The notes below the pieces were generated by a model. The model saw nothing but the letters and a program-made list of their open reading frames with translations. It searched no databases and had not been told where the DNA came from. Position numbers and translations under genes: made by a program. DNA of 64,000 nt from Anaerolineales bacterium (GTDB lineage: Bacteria > Chloroflexota > Anaerolineae > Anaerolineales > E44-bin32), in the NCBI GenBank assembly GCA_040899905.1, contig JBBDZX010000005.1:698199-762198 (forward strand), given 5' to 3'. Positions 27,612-37,174 of the stretch are shown here, one piece after another (the stretch's first letter is position 1; every line of letters begins with the position of its first letter).

Positions 27612-27803
27612 TCAGGAAAGCACAAACATCGAACACGGTCGATCCATGAGGACCATGCCTTGAATGCCGGATGCCTTCTCCAGGCCGAAGGCGCTCAGGA
27701 GGGTGGGCGTGACATCCATCAGTTGTGCACCCTCCACCCTGCCGCGGGCTTCCTCCGGATGCCGGAGGATAAAGACGAAGTCTTCAATCCCATCCGCCCC
27801 CAT
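27612..27803 (-). pseudogene. C-terminal fragment of a second alkaline-phosphatase-family gene
   Basis: The 63-aa ORF reads FILRHPEEARGRVEGAQLMDVTPTLLSAFGLEKASGIQGMVL. It parallels the C-terminus of the intact neighbour 28223..29713 (FILHDPAQKGNGARVTGAQLMDVTPTLLELFGIAVPSAVQGVSL). No catalytic N-terminal part is present. Confidence 0.55.
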
Positions 27804-27827
27804 TTGCCCCTTCTCCTACGGACGACC

Positions 27828-28181
27828 CTAGCGCCCAGAATTCCGGCGTATGTCGGAGGGCTTGCCGGCCCTCTCGGCTCGCGGCCACCCGCCTTCCGAC
27901 GTCCTCGCATGGGGAACCGGCCGTTCGCGGTTCCCGGCGTCCGTGGCCGCGGCTATTTCCATCTTCTGCGGCGCCGGCCCGACGGCCGCGGCCCTGGCGG
28001 ATCGAGCGCGCTGCGCGGCCTCCAGGAGACGCCGCACGGTCGCCTGCATGGTCAAAGTCTCGACCGCCAATTTGCGGGCACGTTGCACGATTGCCTCTCT
28101 CCCCGGTTCATCCTCGAGGTATGCCTGGACGGTGTCGGCGAGCCGATCTAGCGGTGCCTCGACCAGGTGGACGCCGGCCAT
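27828..28181 (-). pseudogene. Possible glycosyltransferase C-terminal remnant
   Basis: The tail of ORF 27828..28763 reads MAGVHLVEAPLDRLADTVQAYLEDEPGREAIVQRARKLAVETLTMQATVRRLLEAAQRA, like the last helices of GT-B enzymes. No N-terminal domain is present and the rest of the ORF is Arg-rich nonsense. Confidence 0.3.
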
Positions 28182-28222
28182 GCCGCAGTCGCGTCTCCAT
28201 GGGCCTCGGCTCCTCCGGAACC

Positions 28223-29713
28223 TTAGTGCGACGGACGGATCTCCACAGACGGTTCTCTCTCCCTGACCGCGTCCGCCGCCGCCGTTCGCGGCCGCCGGAA
28301 CAGGCTCACACCCTGCACTGCCGACGGCACGGCGATCCCGAACAGTTCCAGCAAGGTCGGAGTGACATCCATCAGCTGTGCGCCCGTCACTCGAGCGCCG
28401 TTTCCTTTCTGCGCCGGGTCGTGCAGGATGAACATCCCGTTCTGAGCATGATTGCAGTCGTCCGGTCCGGTGTCGTTCTCGTAGGTATAGATGTCTCCGT
28501 ACCCGAGGGAGCCGACCGACCGCCAGAGCAAGTCCCCAAAGTACACCATGAGGTCGGGTGCGGCTCCTTTCACGGATCGATAGACCTCCTGGGGTTTGAA
28601 CACCCTCGTTCCCAGGCTCCGCCCTTCCGGGTCGGGAATGGCGCGCAGCCGGTCGGCCAATTCGTCCCGCACAGCCTCGTACGACTCCGCGGGCACCACA
28701 CCTTCGGGCTCTCGCCCCTGGACGTTGAGGAAGACCCGTCCATAGTAGCCGCCGTCTCCCCATGCTCTCGTCCGCGACCAGTCAATCTCCAGTCGGTCCA
28801 GCGGTTCACGCTCGCCTGGCGCTGGCTCCTGCTTGAAGGCCAGCCAGCCTTCCCTCCACAGCCACTCGTTGAGGCAGATGCCGCCATCCATCCGCTTCGC
28901 TCCGTGATCCGAGACCACGAGCACCACGGTGTCCTCGTCGATCCTAGACAGCCATTCTCCGATTGCGCGGTCGACATAGACATAGTAATCGTGGATGGCG
29001 TGCTCAAATGGGTTGCCGGCCACGTAGCGGCGGTGCTGAGGGTCGTGGTAGCTCCAGAAGCCATGGTGGATGCGGTCCACCCCAATCTCCATCAGCATGA
29101 AGAAGTCCCAGGCCTTGTTCTGAAGTAGGTAGTCCACGACGCGGAAGCGCTTCTCGGTCATCTCCTGAATCTGACGCAGTAGGCCTCCCTTGTCGTCGGT
29201 GCGGAACTGCGGCACATCGACGTCATATTCCGGAGCCACACGCAGGACCTCGTTTTTCAAGCTGCTGGGGTAAGTGAATTCGCTTTGCCGTCCGGGTGCC
29301 AGGAAGCCCGCCACCATCTCCCCCTTCAACGGCTTCACCGGGTAGGTCTGAGGAAGACCAATGACCACCGAACGCTTGTCGGCCGCGGTTAGGTAGTCCC
29401 AAATCAGCGGAACCTCGACGTAGTTGCTGGTGGCGATGAAACGACGATCGTAGCTGTAATCGGCGCGGTTGCGGAAGCCATAGATCCCTAGCTCTCCGGG
29501 ATCGCGACCCGACAGCATGCTGGACCAGGCCGGAACGGTAATGGCCGGGATGCAGGACTCCAGCTCCCCCCATAACCCCTGCCCGGCCAGCCGGCTCAGA
29601 TTGGGAAGGTCCTGCCGCCATCGGTCGAAGACAAGTTCCGGTGCCGCGCAGTCCAGGCCAATCACAAAGACCTTGGTCCGCCTCTTGCCCCGCACGAGCC
29701 GATATAGATTCAT
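28223..29713 (-). CDS. Alkaline phosphatase superfamily protein (nucleotide pyrophosphatase/phosphodiesterase-like)
   Basis: VFVIGLDCAAPEL, nucleophile region PAITVPAWSSMLSG, and metal site VVSDHGAKRM. Start chosen at ATG 29713 (MNLYRLV). Confidence 0.8.
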   Translation of the reverse strand: MNLYRLVRGKRRTKVFVIGLDCAAPELVFDRWRQDLPNLSRLAGQGLWGELESCIPAITVPAWSSMLSGRDPGELGIYGFRNRADYSYDRRFIATSNYVEVPLIWDYLTAADKRSVVIGLPQTYPVKPLKGEMVAGFLAPGRQSEFTYPSSLKNEVLRVAPEYDVDVPQFRTDDKGGLLRQIQEMTEKRFRVVDYLLQNKAWDFFMLMEIGVDRIHHGFWSYHDPQHRRYVAGNPFEHAIHDYYVYVDRAIGEWLSRIDEDTVVLVVSDHGAKRMDGGICLNEWLWREGWLAFKQEPAPGEREPLDRLEIDWSRTRAWGDGGYYGRVFLNVQGREPEGVVPAESYEAVRDELADRLRAIPDPEGRSLGTRVFKPQEVYRSVKGAAPDLMVYFGDLLWRSVGSLGYGDIYTYENDTGPDDCNHAQNGMFILHDPAQKGNGARVTGAQLMDVTPTLLELFGIAVPSAVQGVSLFRRPRTAAADAVREREPSVEIRPSH

Positions 29714-29794
29714 TGTCCTTCCATATTTAGAGGAGCCCAAAGCCGGCCCGGCAGCGATCCCGCCGGCCTGGAATAGGGTTTGGGACCAGCCAGT

Positions 29795-31459
29795 TCAGCG
29801 AGCTCTTTCGAGGAGGGCACTCATTGCCTCCGACCACGCGGCGAGGTCGTTCCGACCACGAGCTCGCCACCATTTGGCGTAGAGGCTTAATTCATGGGCG
29901 GCCTCGGGAATTGGCTCGAGAAACTCTCCCGCCCGGTCGAGCTGCCCGAGCCAGACCAAGTTGTATCCAAGGGCCTTGCCGACTCCACGATGTCCTTGTC
30001 CCCCCTCCCAGGCCGTTTGAAGGTATCGGGCAGCTTCGGTGAAGTCTTGCCTCTTCATGGCAAGGAGACCCATTCGGTAGTTCGCTCCGCGCTGAGTCGG
30101 ATCGAGCGCCAAGGCGGCTTCCAGCCACCATTGTGCGAAGGCCACGTCGGCCTCCGGACTAGGTTCAAGGGCTCTGTTTCCGGGCCAGCCGTCCAGCTCT
30201 TCCTGAGCCATGCGAACCGCACCCACGTTCGCCCACAGGCTGGCTGGAAGATGACTCAAAGGCCAGGCACCCGCCAGCATGACAAGGGCGAAAACCAGAA
30301 AGCCGACCGTTGAAGGAGACGCCAATCGCCCGGGTCCTCGCGGTACATGATTCCTCGCAGGACCTGGTGATAAGTCGGGAGGGCTTGCCTGCGGAGAGCG
30401 GCGCAGAGCGACTGCGAATCCCGGCCCCACGAAGAGGAATAACGCGCCGAGGGGTTCATGGAAGGGATCATGGACCAGGCCCAAGAGGATGACCCCCAGA
30501 AGGCTGGCGATGGCCGCGGTTCGGATAAGGCGGATCCTCCAGCTCTTGGCGTTGCTCAGTTCGCGTGACCCTGCCAGCGACCAAACAGCTCCCACAATGA
30601 TGGCAAGGTAAGTTGCCAAGGCGGGGAGGCCCTGTTCAATCACCAGATCAAGAAACAGGTTGTAGCTGCGCGTGAAGTACAGGAATGGCTGCAGCAAAAT
30701 GTAGCGGGAGTAGAGCCCGGGAAAGGAGCCCAGGCCGCCTCCCGTGATGAGGAAGTCCTGAGCGAGCCACCACCCCTCCTCTGCCAGCCGCGCTCGGTCC
30801 ATCAGGGCTGCCCATGCATTGGCCATCCCGCCGGACATGGCAAGGGCAGCCCCGAGAGCCAAAAGACCGGCGAAAGACACGCTCAAGACGGGGAGTCTTC
30901 GAGGCTGACGAGCCGTCGCCGTATGGGCGAGCCAGAGGACTGCACCGGTTGACAGGATGATCGCTACGACGGCCCCTCGAGAAACCGTCACGAGGAGCAC
31001 AGCCATGACAAGCAGACACGCCCCCAGCCAACCCATCCGGCCCACCAGGTCCCCCCGGTGCCAGGTGTAGACCGTGGCCGCGACTTGAAAGGGAAGCAGG
31101 ACCACAACCAAACCGATTTCCGTGTCCAGGTCCGGCACCGGGAGGCCGCGAACAACGACCCCGAACCGAGCGGCCAGAGGCGCCCCTGCTTGCCCATCTA
31201 AGATGGAAGTAAGGAGAGTGATGCCGGCAAGCGCGGCGCAGGCCTTGCCACAAAGCTTCGCCGCCTTCCAGAGATTTGGACCGGAGGTCCTTGCCAAGAC
31301 GTAGTAGATCGCGGCGGCCGTGACGATCGCCAGGAGTTTGACGACGGCCGTCGGCCGGTCGTACGCGGCCCAGTAGGCGACACAGGCGGTCAGCACGAAA
31401 CCGACAAGGGCCAGATCCTGTGAGCCCGTGCGGTTGGCGGCATGCCGAATCGGATTCAA
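29795..31459 (-). CDS. O-antigen ligase/polymerase-like (Wzy_C-type) membrane protein with C-terminal TPR domain
   Basis: About 10 TM segments, a VSRGAVVAIILS loop typical of O-antigen ligase-like proteins, and a C-terminal TPR-like ANYRMGLLAMKRQDFTEAARYLQTA. TTG start. Confidence 0.65.
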   Translation of the reverse strand: MNPIRHAANRTGSQDLALVGFVLTACVAYWAAYDRPTAVVKLLAIVTAAAIYYVLARTSGPNLWKAAKLCGKACAALAGITLLTSILDGQAGAPLAARFGVVVRGLPVPDLDTEIGLVVVLLPFQVAATVYTWHRGDLVGRMGWLGACLLVMAVLLVTVSRGAVVAIILSTGAVLWLAHTATARQPRRLPVLSVSFAGLLALGAALAMSGGMANAWAALMDRARLAEEGWWLAQDFLITGGGLGSFPGLYSRYILLQPFLYFTRSYNLFLDLVIEQGLPALATYLAIIVGAVWSLAGSRELSNAKSWRIRLIRTAAIASLLGVILLGLVHDPFHEPLGALFLFVGPGFAVALRRSPQASPPDLSPGPARNHVPRGPGRLASPSTVGFLVFALVMLAGAWPLSHLPASLWANVGAVRMAQEELDGWPGNRALEPSPEADVAFAQWWLEAALALDPTQRGANYRMGLLAMKRQDFTEAARYLQTAWEGGQGHRGVGKALGYNLVWLGQLDRAGEFLEPIPEAAHELSLYAKWWRARGRNDLAAWSEAMSALLERAR

Positions 31460-31686
31460 GGAACGAGGGTTGAACTTGGCTCTCGGCTCATCGGGTGGTC
31501 AGGCCACAAGACGAGAAGGCGACGCTCCGGCCGCGCCCCCTTAAGCCTGGAACCAACTCGCGATGACCGCCATTACCGAAGCTGGCCCGAATTCGGATGA
31601 GTGAGGGCCAAGCCTTGCTTACCTCGAAGCGAGCGAACTTGTCAGCGCCGGTCGAATCGGACTTGGGACCGGCGGCGCCTGCCGGC

Positions 31687-33357
31687 CTACGAGGTCGCCA
31701 GGCCACCGACCCCGGTGTCCGTCGACGCCCAGCTCAAGTGCTGCCAACCGACGTCGAGAGCTGTCCGCAGAGTCGACGGGTCGGAAAACAGCATCTTCAG
31801 ATACGTCACCATGGGGCCGGGGCGGAAAGCCCATTCCCGGAAGGCCCGTTTCTGCCAATACAACAGGCGCTCTGCGGACAGTCCCGGATAGTCAAGGACG
31901 GTCCCTTTGTCCATGTCCACCTGCTCCCAGCGGGTCCCTTCGCGGAACCACTTGTTCTCCACGACCTCGAAGTAAAACGGGGTTCCGGGGTAAGGGGCCG
32001 CCACGTGAAACAGGGCGATATCCAGTGGCAGTTTCTTGGCGAAGTCGATGGTCTGCCGGATGGTCGCCTCCGTCTCGCCCGGAAGGCCGATAATAAAGTA
32101 GCCCCAGTTCTTAATCCCCGCCTGGCGAGCCCACTTCAGCCCCCGCACGGCCTTGTCCGGGTAGGCGCCCTTGCGGGCGTGCCGGAGAATCTGCTCGTTG
32201 CCGCTCTCAATCCCCCAGGAGATCAGCCAATTCCCTGCCTCGGCCATGAGATTCAGCATTTCATCGTCGACGTAATCCACCCGGCTGTTGCAGGTCCAGC
32301 GCAGTCCGACCTTCTCGGAAATCATGAGCTTACACAGATTCATGACCTGTTCGCGATTGACCGTAAACAGATCGGCGTACATGTGGATGTTGTTGATCCC
32401 CTGCTTCTTCAAGACCCAGAGTTCTTCCACAATCTTCTCCGGCGACCGCAGGCGGGCGGAGAACTGGTAGCTGACGTGCTTGATGCAATACGTGCAGCCC
32501 GCGGGACACCCCCGGCTGGTGACGATGAAGGTGAAAGGACCTCGAATGAGCGGCATGCGATACTTCTGGAGCGGCAGGAGATCGTGCATCGGAATCGGAA
32601 GGTCATCGAGGTCCTGGATGAAGGGCCTCTGCTCATTGGTAACGATCTCATTGCCGCGGCGCCAGACCAACCCGCGGATCCCTTCCAGGATTGCCGTTCC
32701 GTCCTCGGTGAGAGACGGGCGGTACGCCGGGTCGTGCAGGTCGAAGATCCGTTGGATCTCTGGCGGGCGTTGGTCTGTCTTGCCCTCTAGATGGTCGACA
32801 AGATCCCGCAGGGTGAGATCCGGCTCTCCCAGCAGGACGAAGTCGAGCGCGGGAAATGGTCTCATGGTCTCCCGAGGGATAGCCGTGACATGGGTGCCAA
32901 AAGCGATGGTGAGGGCGCCCCGGGCCTTGGCCAGGAAACAGCCGTACATGTCGTTTTCCAGCGTCGGCGCGGTCACCTGGGTCAGGTAGTACTTGGGCTC
33001 GTACTTCTCCAGAAGACCCGCAAACTCCGGCCACCTCATGCGCTCGGCGTTGGCATCAACCACCGCCACCTTGTACGTCGGGTGTAGCAGGGCGGCCATT
33101 TGGGCAAGCGAGACCTGCGGCCAAACCATGTTTTCCCGCGTCCGCCGTCCGACCCGATGCTGGGTCCGAATCCACAATCCGCCATCGGGGGTCGGGGGGT
33201 TGACCAACAGCACGTCCACCGCGCCCTCCGGCCGGGGGCGATTTAGAAGAACGTGGCGCACGATCTCATCCGCGTTGGGGAAATTCGGCGCGGGCAGTTT
33301 CGGGAGCCTTCGGGCCCCGAGATTGAGACGGCGGACTTCCGCTTCACCGAGTGGCAT
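31687..33357 (-). CDS. B12-binding-domain radical SAM enzyme (class B, methyltransferase-like)
   Basis: N-terminal VDVLLVNPP...VAVVDAN cobalamin-binding-like domain and radical SAM cluster motif SRGCPAGCTYCI (CxxxCxxC). GGAGG lies 6 nt before the ATG. Confidence 0.9.
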   Translation of the reverse strand: MPLGEAEVRRLNLGARRLPKLPAPNFPNADEIVRHVLLNRPRPEGAVDVLLVNPPTPDGGLWIRTQHRVGRRTRENMVWPQVSLAQMAALLHPTYKVAVVDANAERMRWPEFAGLLEKYEPKYYLTQVTAPTLENDMYGCFLAKARGALTIAFGTHVTAIPRETMRPFPALDFVLLGEPDLTLRDLVDHLEGKTDQRPPEIQRIFDLHDPAYRPSLTEDGTAILEGIRGLVWRRGNEIVTNEQRPFIQDLDDLPIPMHDLLPLQKYRMPLIRGPFTFIVTSRGCPAGCTYCIKHVSYQFSARLRSPEKIVEELWVLKKQGINNIHMYADLFTVNREQVMNLCKLMISEKVGLRWTCNSRVDYVDDEMLNLMAEAGNWLISWGIESGNEQILRHARKGAYPDKAVRGLKWARQAGIKNWGYFIIGLPGETEATIRQTIDFAKKLPLDIALFHVAAPYPGTPFYFEVVENKWFREGTRWEQVDMDKGTVLDYPGLSAERLLYWQKRAFREWAFRPGPMVTYLKMLFSDPSTLRTALDVGWQHLSWASTDTGVGGLATS

Positions 33358-33399
33358 GCCTGGCCTCCGGGCCGCCGTCGGCCCCGCTTGCTGGATCGT

Positions 33400-34596
33400 T
33401 CACGCGGCATTCCGATCCCGGGAGATGAGATCCTCCCGCTGACTGAGCTCCGCAAGCACGCGGAGGACGATCCAAGAAATCACGAGCTGGACGCCTACCA
33501 GAAGGAACATTGCGCTTCCCAAAAGGTAGAGCCAGAGCCGCTCCACGCTCCAGCCCTGCACACCAAGGGCCAGGCTGACCGCGGCGATGGTGCCACCTCC
33601 CGCCAGAAGCGCGACCCCCACCCAACCGAACGAATTCTCGAGGGGGTTCTTGAAAATAGGGCGGCCGAACAGACCCTGGCGCATCGGACGCTTGTGGAAT
33701 AGGGACACCAGGTAATTGAAAGTTGCGCCCAAGGAGAAAAGGCTGATCCCGCTAACCCCGCACACCATTCCGGTGTACAGGGCCACTACCCCCCAAGACC
33801 CAAGGATGGTCCGACCTGTCAGCCGGGCCGCCACCAGCCCAATCCCAACCGCGACCGCGATCCCCACCCCGAGGAGCCCGAGCGCTCCCAGGATACGGAC
33901 AGGATTGTAGCTCAGGGCGGTCCAAAGGATCGAATGCAGGAAAATCGAACCGTCCCGCACGACGCTCAATTTCGAGCGGCCCACGCGCTCGGCATATGGA
34001 ATTGGGACTTCGGCCATGCGGATGCCTTCGTGGAGAGCTCTCACACTCATGACCGGGGTCAAGTTTAGACCATCTGGAAGGGGATACAGACGGTCAACGA
34101 TCTCCCGCTTGAAGACCCGCATCCCGCTGGCACTGTCCGTCACCCGATGGTGCCCGAACGCCGTCAGCAATCCGGCAAAGAAGACGTTCCCCAACCGCCG
34201 CGTGATGGGCATCTTGGTGGCGGATCCTGCCATGCGGGATCCGATGACGAGATCCGCCCCATCGATGGCCAGCGCACAAAGCTGGGGGAACCATTCCGGC
34301 GGATAGGTGCCGTCGGCATCCAAAAAGCCAATCAGTTCGCCTCTCGCCCTGGAGAACCCGGTCTTGAGGGCCGCGCCATAACCTCGGTTCTGCGCATGCC
34401 GGACCAACTGGACCGACGGAATCGCTTCGGCCACGGCCGCGGTCTGGTCTCGAGACCCATCGTCGACCACCAAGACCTCGAGGTCATCGACGCCGACGCT
34501 TGCGAGATTCGCGCGGGCCGCAAGCACGCGCTCCGCAATCTCGGCAATTCCCTTCTCCTCATTATATGCGGGGATCACCACGGACAGAGTGGTCAC
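33400..34596 (-). CDS. GT2 polyprenyl-phosphate glycosyltransferase (ArnC/GtrB/DPM1-like) with C-terminal TM segments
   Basis: [32 protein letters not shown] (DxD), and four C-terminal TM helices. The GTG start overlaps the upstream stop (GTGA 34593..34596). Confidence 0.9.
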   Translation of the reverse strand: MTTLSVVIPAYNEEKGIAEIAERVLAARANLASVGVDDLEVLVVDDGSRDQTAAVAEAIPSVQLVRHAQNRGYGAALKTGFSRARGELIGFLDADGTYPPEWFPQLCALAIDGADLVIGSRMAGSATKMPITRRLGNVFFAGLLTAFGHHRVTDSASGMRVFKREIVDRLYPLPDGLNLTPVMSVRALHEGIRMAEVPIPYAERVGRSKLSVVRDGSIFLHSILWTALSYNPVRILGALGLLGVGIAVAVGIGLVAARLTGRTILGSWGVVALYTGMVCGVSGISLFSLGATFNYLVSLFHKRPMRQGLFGRPIFKNPLENSFGWVGVALLAGGGTIAAVSLALGVQGWSVERLWLYLLGSAMFLLVGVQLVISWIVLRVLAELSQREDLISRDRNAA

Positions 34597-35351
34597 TCGG
34601 ATGGGTCCTTCTGCGCGTGATACACGGTCTCGGCGCGGGGCGGATCCCGGCCGTCAATTGCCTTCAGGACTCGGGCTGGCGCACCGCCCACGAGGCTGTG
34701 GGGGGGCACGTTCTTCGTCACCACCGACCCGGCCGCAACGACGGCGCCGCGCCCGATCGTTACGCCGTCCGTGACAATCGCCCCGGCGCCGAGCCAAACA
34801 TCATCCTCAATCTCGATCCCTTGGGCGGTGATCCCCTGCTCGACAAAGGGACGGTCCGGATCCGAGTACACATGATCCACGGCCAGTATTTGGACCAACG
34901 GCGAGGTATACACGCGATCGCCGACGCGGACCCCGCCTTGACCGCGAATCACCGTGTATTCCCCGATGAGCGAATCCCTGCCGATCCGAATTCCGGAGTG
35001 CGGTAAGTTCCGAAAATTGTAGACGTGGAGAATCGCGCCGTGCATCACGATCGTCCCGGAGCCGATCTCGACCCCTCGGGGACAAGCGTGCACGTACACA
35101 CCTTCGTCCAGATAACAACCGTGACCGAGCGATATATGGTCTGCGAACCGGAGTCGGACGCCTCGCTCAACGGCGGCGTGGCCGTCGATTTTCAGGATGA
35201 TTCGATAGAAGACATCCCGCAGTCCGATCCCGACCAGGGTTGGTATCCATCCCAGGCATCCGGTCAGGAATTGCTCCAGAAGGTAGCGCCCCGGGCTCGA
35301 CGCCTGACGCTGAAGGTAGAGGCCAAGGCCGGTTCGCCGGCAAGGAGTCAT
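34593..35351 (-). CDS. Left-handed beta-helix (hexapeptide repeat) acyl/acetyltransferase
   Basis: Hexapeptide repeats [44 protein letters not shown], similar to WcaF/LacA-like sugar O-acetyltransferases. Confidence 0.8.
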   Translation of the reverse strand: MTPCRRTGLGLYLQRQASSPGRYLLEQFLTGCLGWIPTLVGIGLRDVFYRIILKIDGHAAVERGVRLRFADHISLGHGCYLDEGVYVHACPRGVEIGSGTIVMHGAILHVYNFRNLPHSGIRIGRDSLIGEYTVIRGQGGVRVGDRVYTSPLVQILAVDHVYSDPDRPFVEQGITAQGIEIEDDVWLGAGAIVTDGVTIGRGAVVAAGSVVTKNVPPHSLVGGAPARVLKAIDGRDPPRAETVYHAQKDPSE

Positions 35352-35481
35352 CTCGTTTCAGGCACGATGAGCAAGCGATCACACCCCCGGGCAGCCTGGT
35401 GCCAGGCGAGCTCCGCCCTTCCGACTGGTGTCGGATCGGCCCCCGCTCTAATCGCGCGGCCCGGACTACGCCTTGCCGGGC

Positions 35482-36036
35482 CTAGGCCCGGGCCCGCGTT
35501 GTAGGATCGATTGAGCCGGCGTCCAGCTCAACCGCAATGGGGCGGTTCCGAAGGAGCGCCAGCAGCACCAGGACGCGCTCCCTTCCCGAAATATACGTGT
35601 CGAAAATCCCCTGATACCCTTCGAATGGCCCTTGGCGGATCCAAACGGTGTCACCTCGCCGCAGCCGGAACAGGAAAGATTCCTGGGCTTCATTGGCGAC
35701 ATCCAAACGCTTCTGCAGAGAGTGCATCAGGGACTCAGGCACCGGGGCAGGCTCCTCCCCGAACGTGACCAGCCCGATGGCATAGGGCATCCAGCGAAAG
35801 GTTTGCGGGCTGAGAGCACCCAGGTCCACCTGGACAAAGAGGTAGCCGGGGAAGTAAGGCAAGATACGGCGCGCCCGGGGATTCACTGGCCGGACGCGCA
35901 GGCGCGGATAGAAGACTTCCAGCCCCAGACGCTGCGCCTGGCGCGCGACTACTTCTTCCTTCCGCGGTTTGCTTCTCAGGGCGTACCAGAGGAGCCCAGC
36001 CGTCTCGGTCGGGTGACCTTGCCCTAGCGATCCCAC
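35482..36036 (-). CDS. Specialised NusG paralog (RfaH/LoaP/UpxY-like antiterminator)
   Basis: NGN motif LLWYALRSKPRKEE...FPGYLFV and KOW motif GDTVWIRQGPFEGYQGIF. It is the first gene of the long minus-strand run. The start is uncertain: GTG 36036 chosen; the longest ORF reaches 36132. Confidence 0.75.
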   Translation of the reverse strand: MGSLGQGHPTETAGLLWYALRSKPRKEEVVARQAQRLGLEVFYPRLRVRPVNPRARRILPYFPGYLFVQVDLGALSPQTFRWMPYAIGLVTFGEEPAPVPESLMHSLQKRLDVANEAQESFLFRLRRGDTVWIRQGPFEGYQGIFDTYISGRERVLVLLALLRNRPIAVELDAGSIDPTTRARA

Positions 36037-36390
36037 CAGCAACCCTGCTCCCTCCGACCGCCGCCCATGGCGGTGGTCTGGCTCCCTCGGCTCCGAAATC
36101 CAGGTCCAGGCCGCGCGCGTTCCACCGTGCAACGCACCAGTCTGATCCCGGCTCGCCGCCCACCGGATGAGCCGGTTCGGCCCCTCGGGGTCTGCATCGC
36201 ACGCCCTGGAGGCTGAAGACCGAGAACTATTCGGTTGTTGTCAAACTCTGGAGTAGCGCCTGAGGGGCCGGTCTGGCTGGCAGTTGGCGCTTCCTCCGCT
36301 CCCACTTGTAACGGAGAGAACTACATAATTGCGGCCGGCCCTTGGGAAAAAATCCTAATCTCTTCGGCCCTAATTGTGCGGATTCTTCTT

Positions 36391-36436
36391 CCCAAATCAA
36401 ACCCCCGGGGGGATGATTGTATCTCATTCCCCGGGG
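36391..36436 (-). terminator. Rho-independent-type terminator after the orphan response regulator
   Basis: On the minus strand, CCCCGGGG - 16-nt loop - CCCCCCGGGGG is followed by TTTGATTTGGG, 25 nt after the regulator stop at 36461. Confidence 0.55.
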
Positions 36437-36460
36437 TGAATTCGTTGTCGAACGACGCGT

Positions 36461-37174
36461 TCAGCTGGCGATGCCGAGTCGCAAGGCGCGGATCGCGGCC
36501 TGGGTGCGGTCGGAAACTCCGAGTTTGAGGAAGATTTCACGAACATGCGTCTTGACGGTGTTGCGACTGACGGAAAGGGCGGTGGCGATGGCGGCATTGT
36601 CCATCCCTTCCGCGATCAAGGACAGGACTTTCAACTGCTGCGGGGTCAGCGAGGGTCGATCGAGGACGTCCGTCCTAGGCCTAGACCGTGGGCCGTCAGC
36701 AATCTCTCGCAACGCCATCTGGAGGATCTCACGGCTGACGATCGCTTCCCCATCGGCTACGGCCCGGATGGCCTTGGGAATGCTGGAGGGCTCGTCGTCC
36801 TTGGTGATGTAGCCGCCCGCGCCTAGAGCAATTGCCCGGGCCATGAAGTCGGGCCGATTGTGGGCAGTCGTCATAATGACATTCGCCTCAGGAAGCGCGG
36901 CGCGGATCGCCGCCAGGGCCTGCAGACCGTCCAGATCCGGCATGACGATGTCAACCACGACGACGTCCGGCGACAGCTCCTTGGCCATTTCTACGGCCTC
37001 CCGGCCCGTGGCGGCCTCCCCCACGACATCCAGGCCGTCGCGCTCAAGGACCATCCGCAGTCCCAGGCGGATGAGCTTGTGGTCGTCCGCGATCAGAACT
37101 CGCAGGGACCTGCGGGAGGCGCCTTGTGCATCGGACTCAGCGATGACGGGCAAAGGAGCTGTGTCGGTTTTCAT
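36461..37174 (-). CDS. NarL/FixJ-family response regulator (receiver + LuxR HTH), no adjacent kinase
   Basis: RVLIADDHKLIRLGL, VVVDIVMPDLDG, and HTH LTPQQLKVLSLIAEGMDNAAIATALSVSRNTVKTHV. Start chosen at ATG 37174 (MKTDTAP). Confidence 0.9.
   Translation of the reverse strand: MKTDTAPLPVIAESDAQGASRRSLRVLIADDHKLIRLGLRMVLERDGLDVVGEAATGREAVEMAKELSPDVVVVDIVMPDLDGLQALAAIRAALPEANVIMTTAHNRPDFMARAIALGAGGYITKDDEPSSIPKAIRAVADGEAIVSREILQMALREIADGPRSRPRTDVLDRPSLTPQQLKVLSLIAEGMDNAAIATALSVSRNTVKTHVREIFLKLGVSDRTQAAIRALRLGIAS

Noticed and set aside
27828-29128. ORFs 27828..28763 (-, 311 aa) and 28091..29128 (+, 345 aa)
   Set aside because: Most of their length overlaps the motif-supported alkaline-phosphatase-family gene in other frames or on the other strand. 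Only the last ~117 codons of 27828..28763 look protein-like, and these are reported separately as a possible remnant.
31597-32790. 397-aa plus-strand ORF
   Set aside because: It lies antisense to the B12-radical SAM gene (CxxxCxxC present on the minus strand) and shows no motifs.
36040-36390. Tried to define the promoter and an ops-like antiterminator recruitment site for the NusG-paralog-led operon
   Set aside because: A perfect TTGACA occurs on the minus strand (36244..36239) but without an acceptable -10 at 16-18 nt. Other candidate pairs are weak. No GGCGGTAG-like ops element was seen. This is left unresolved rather than reported.
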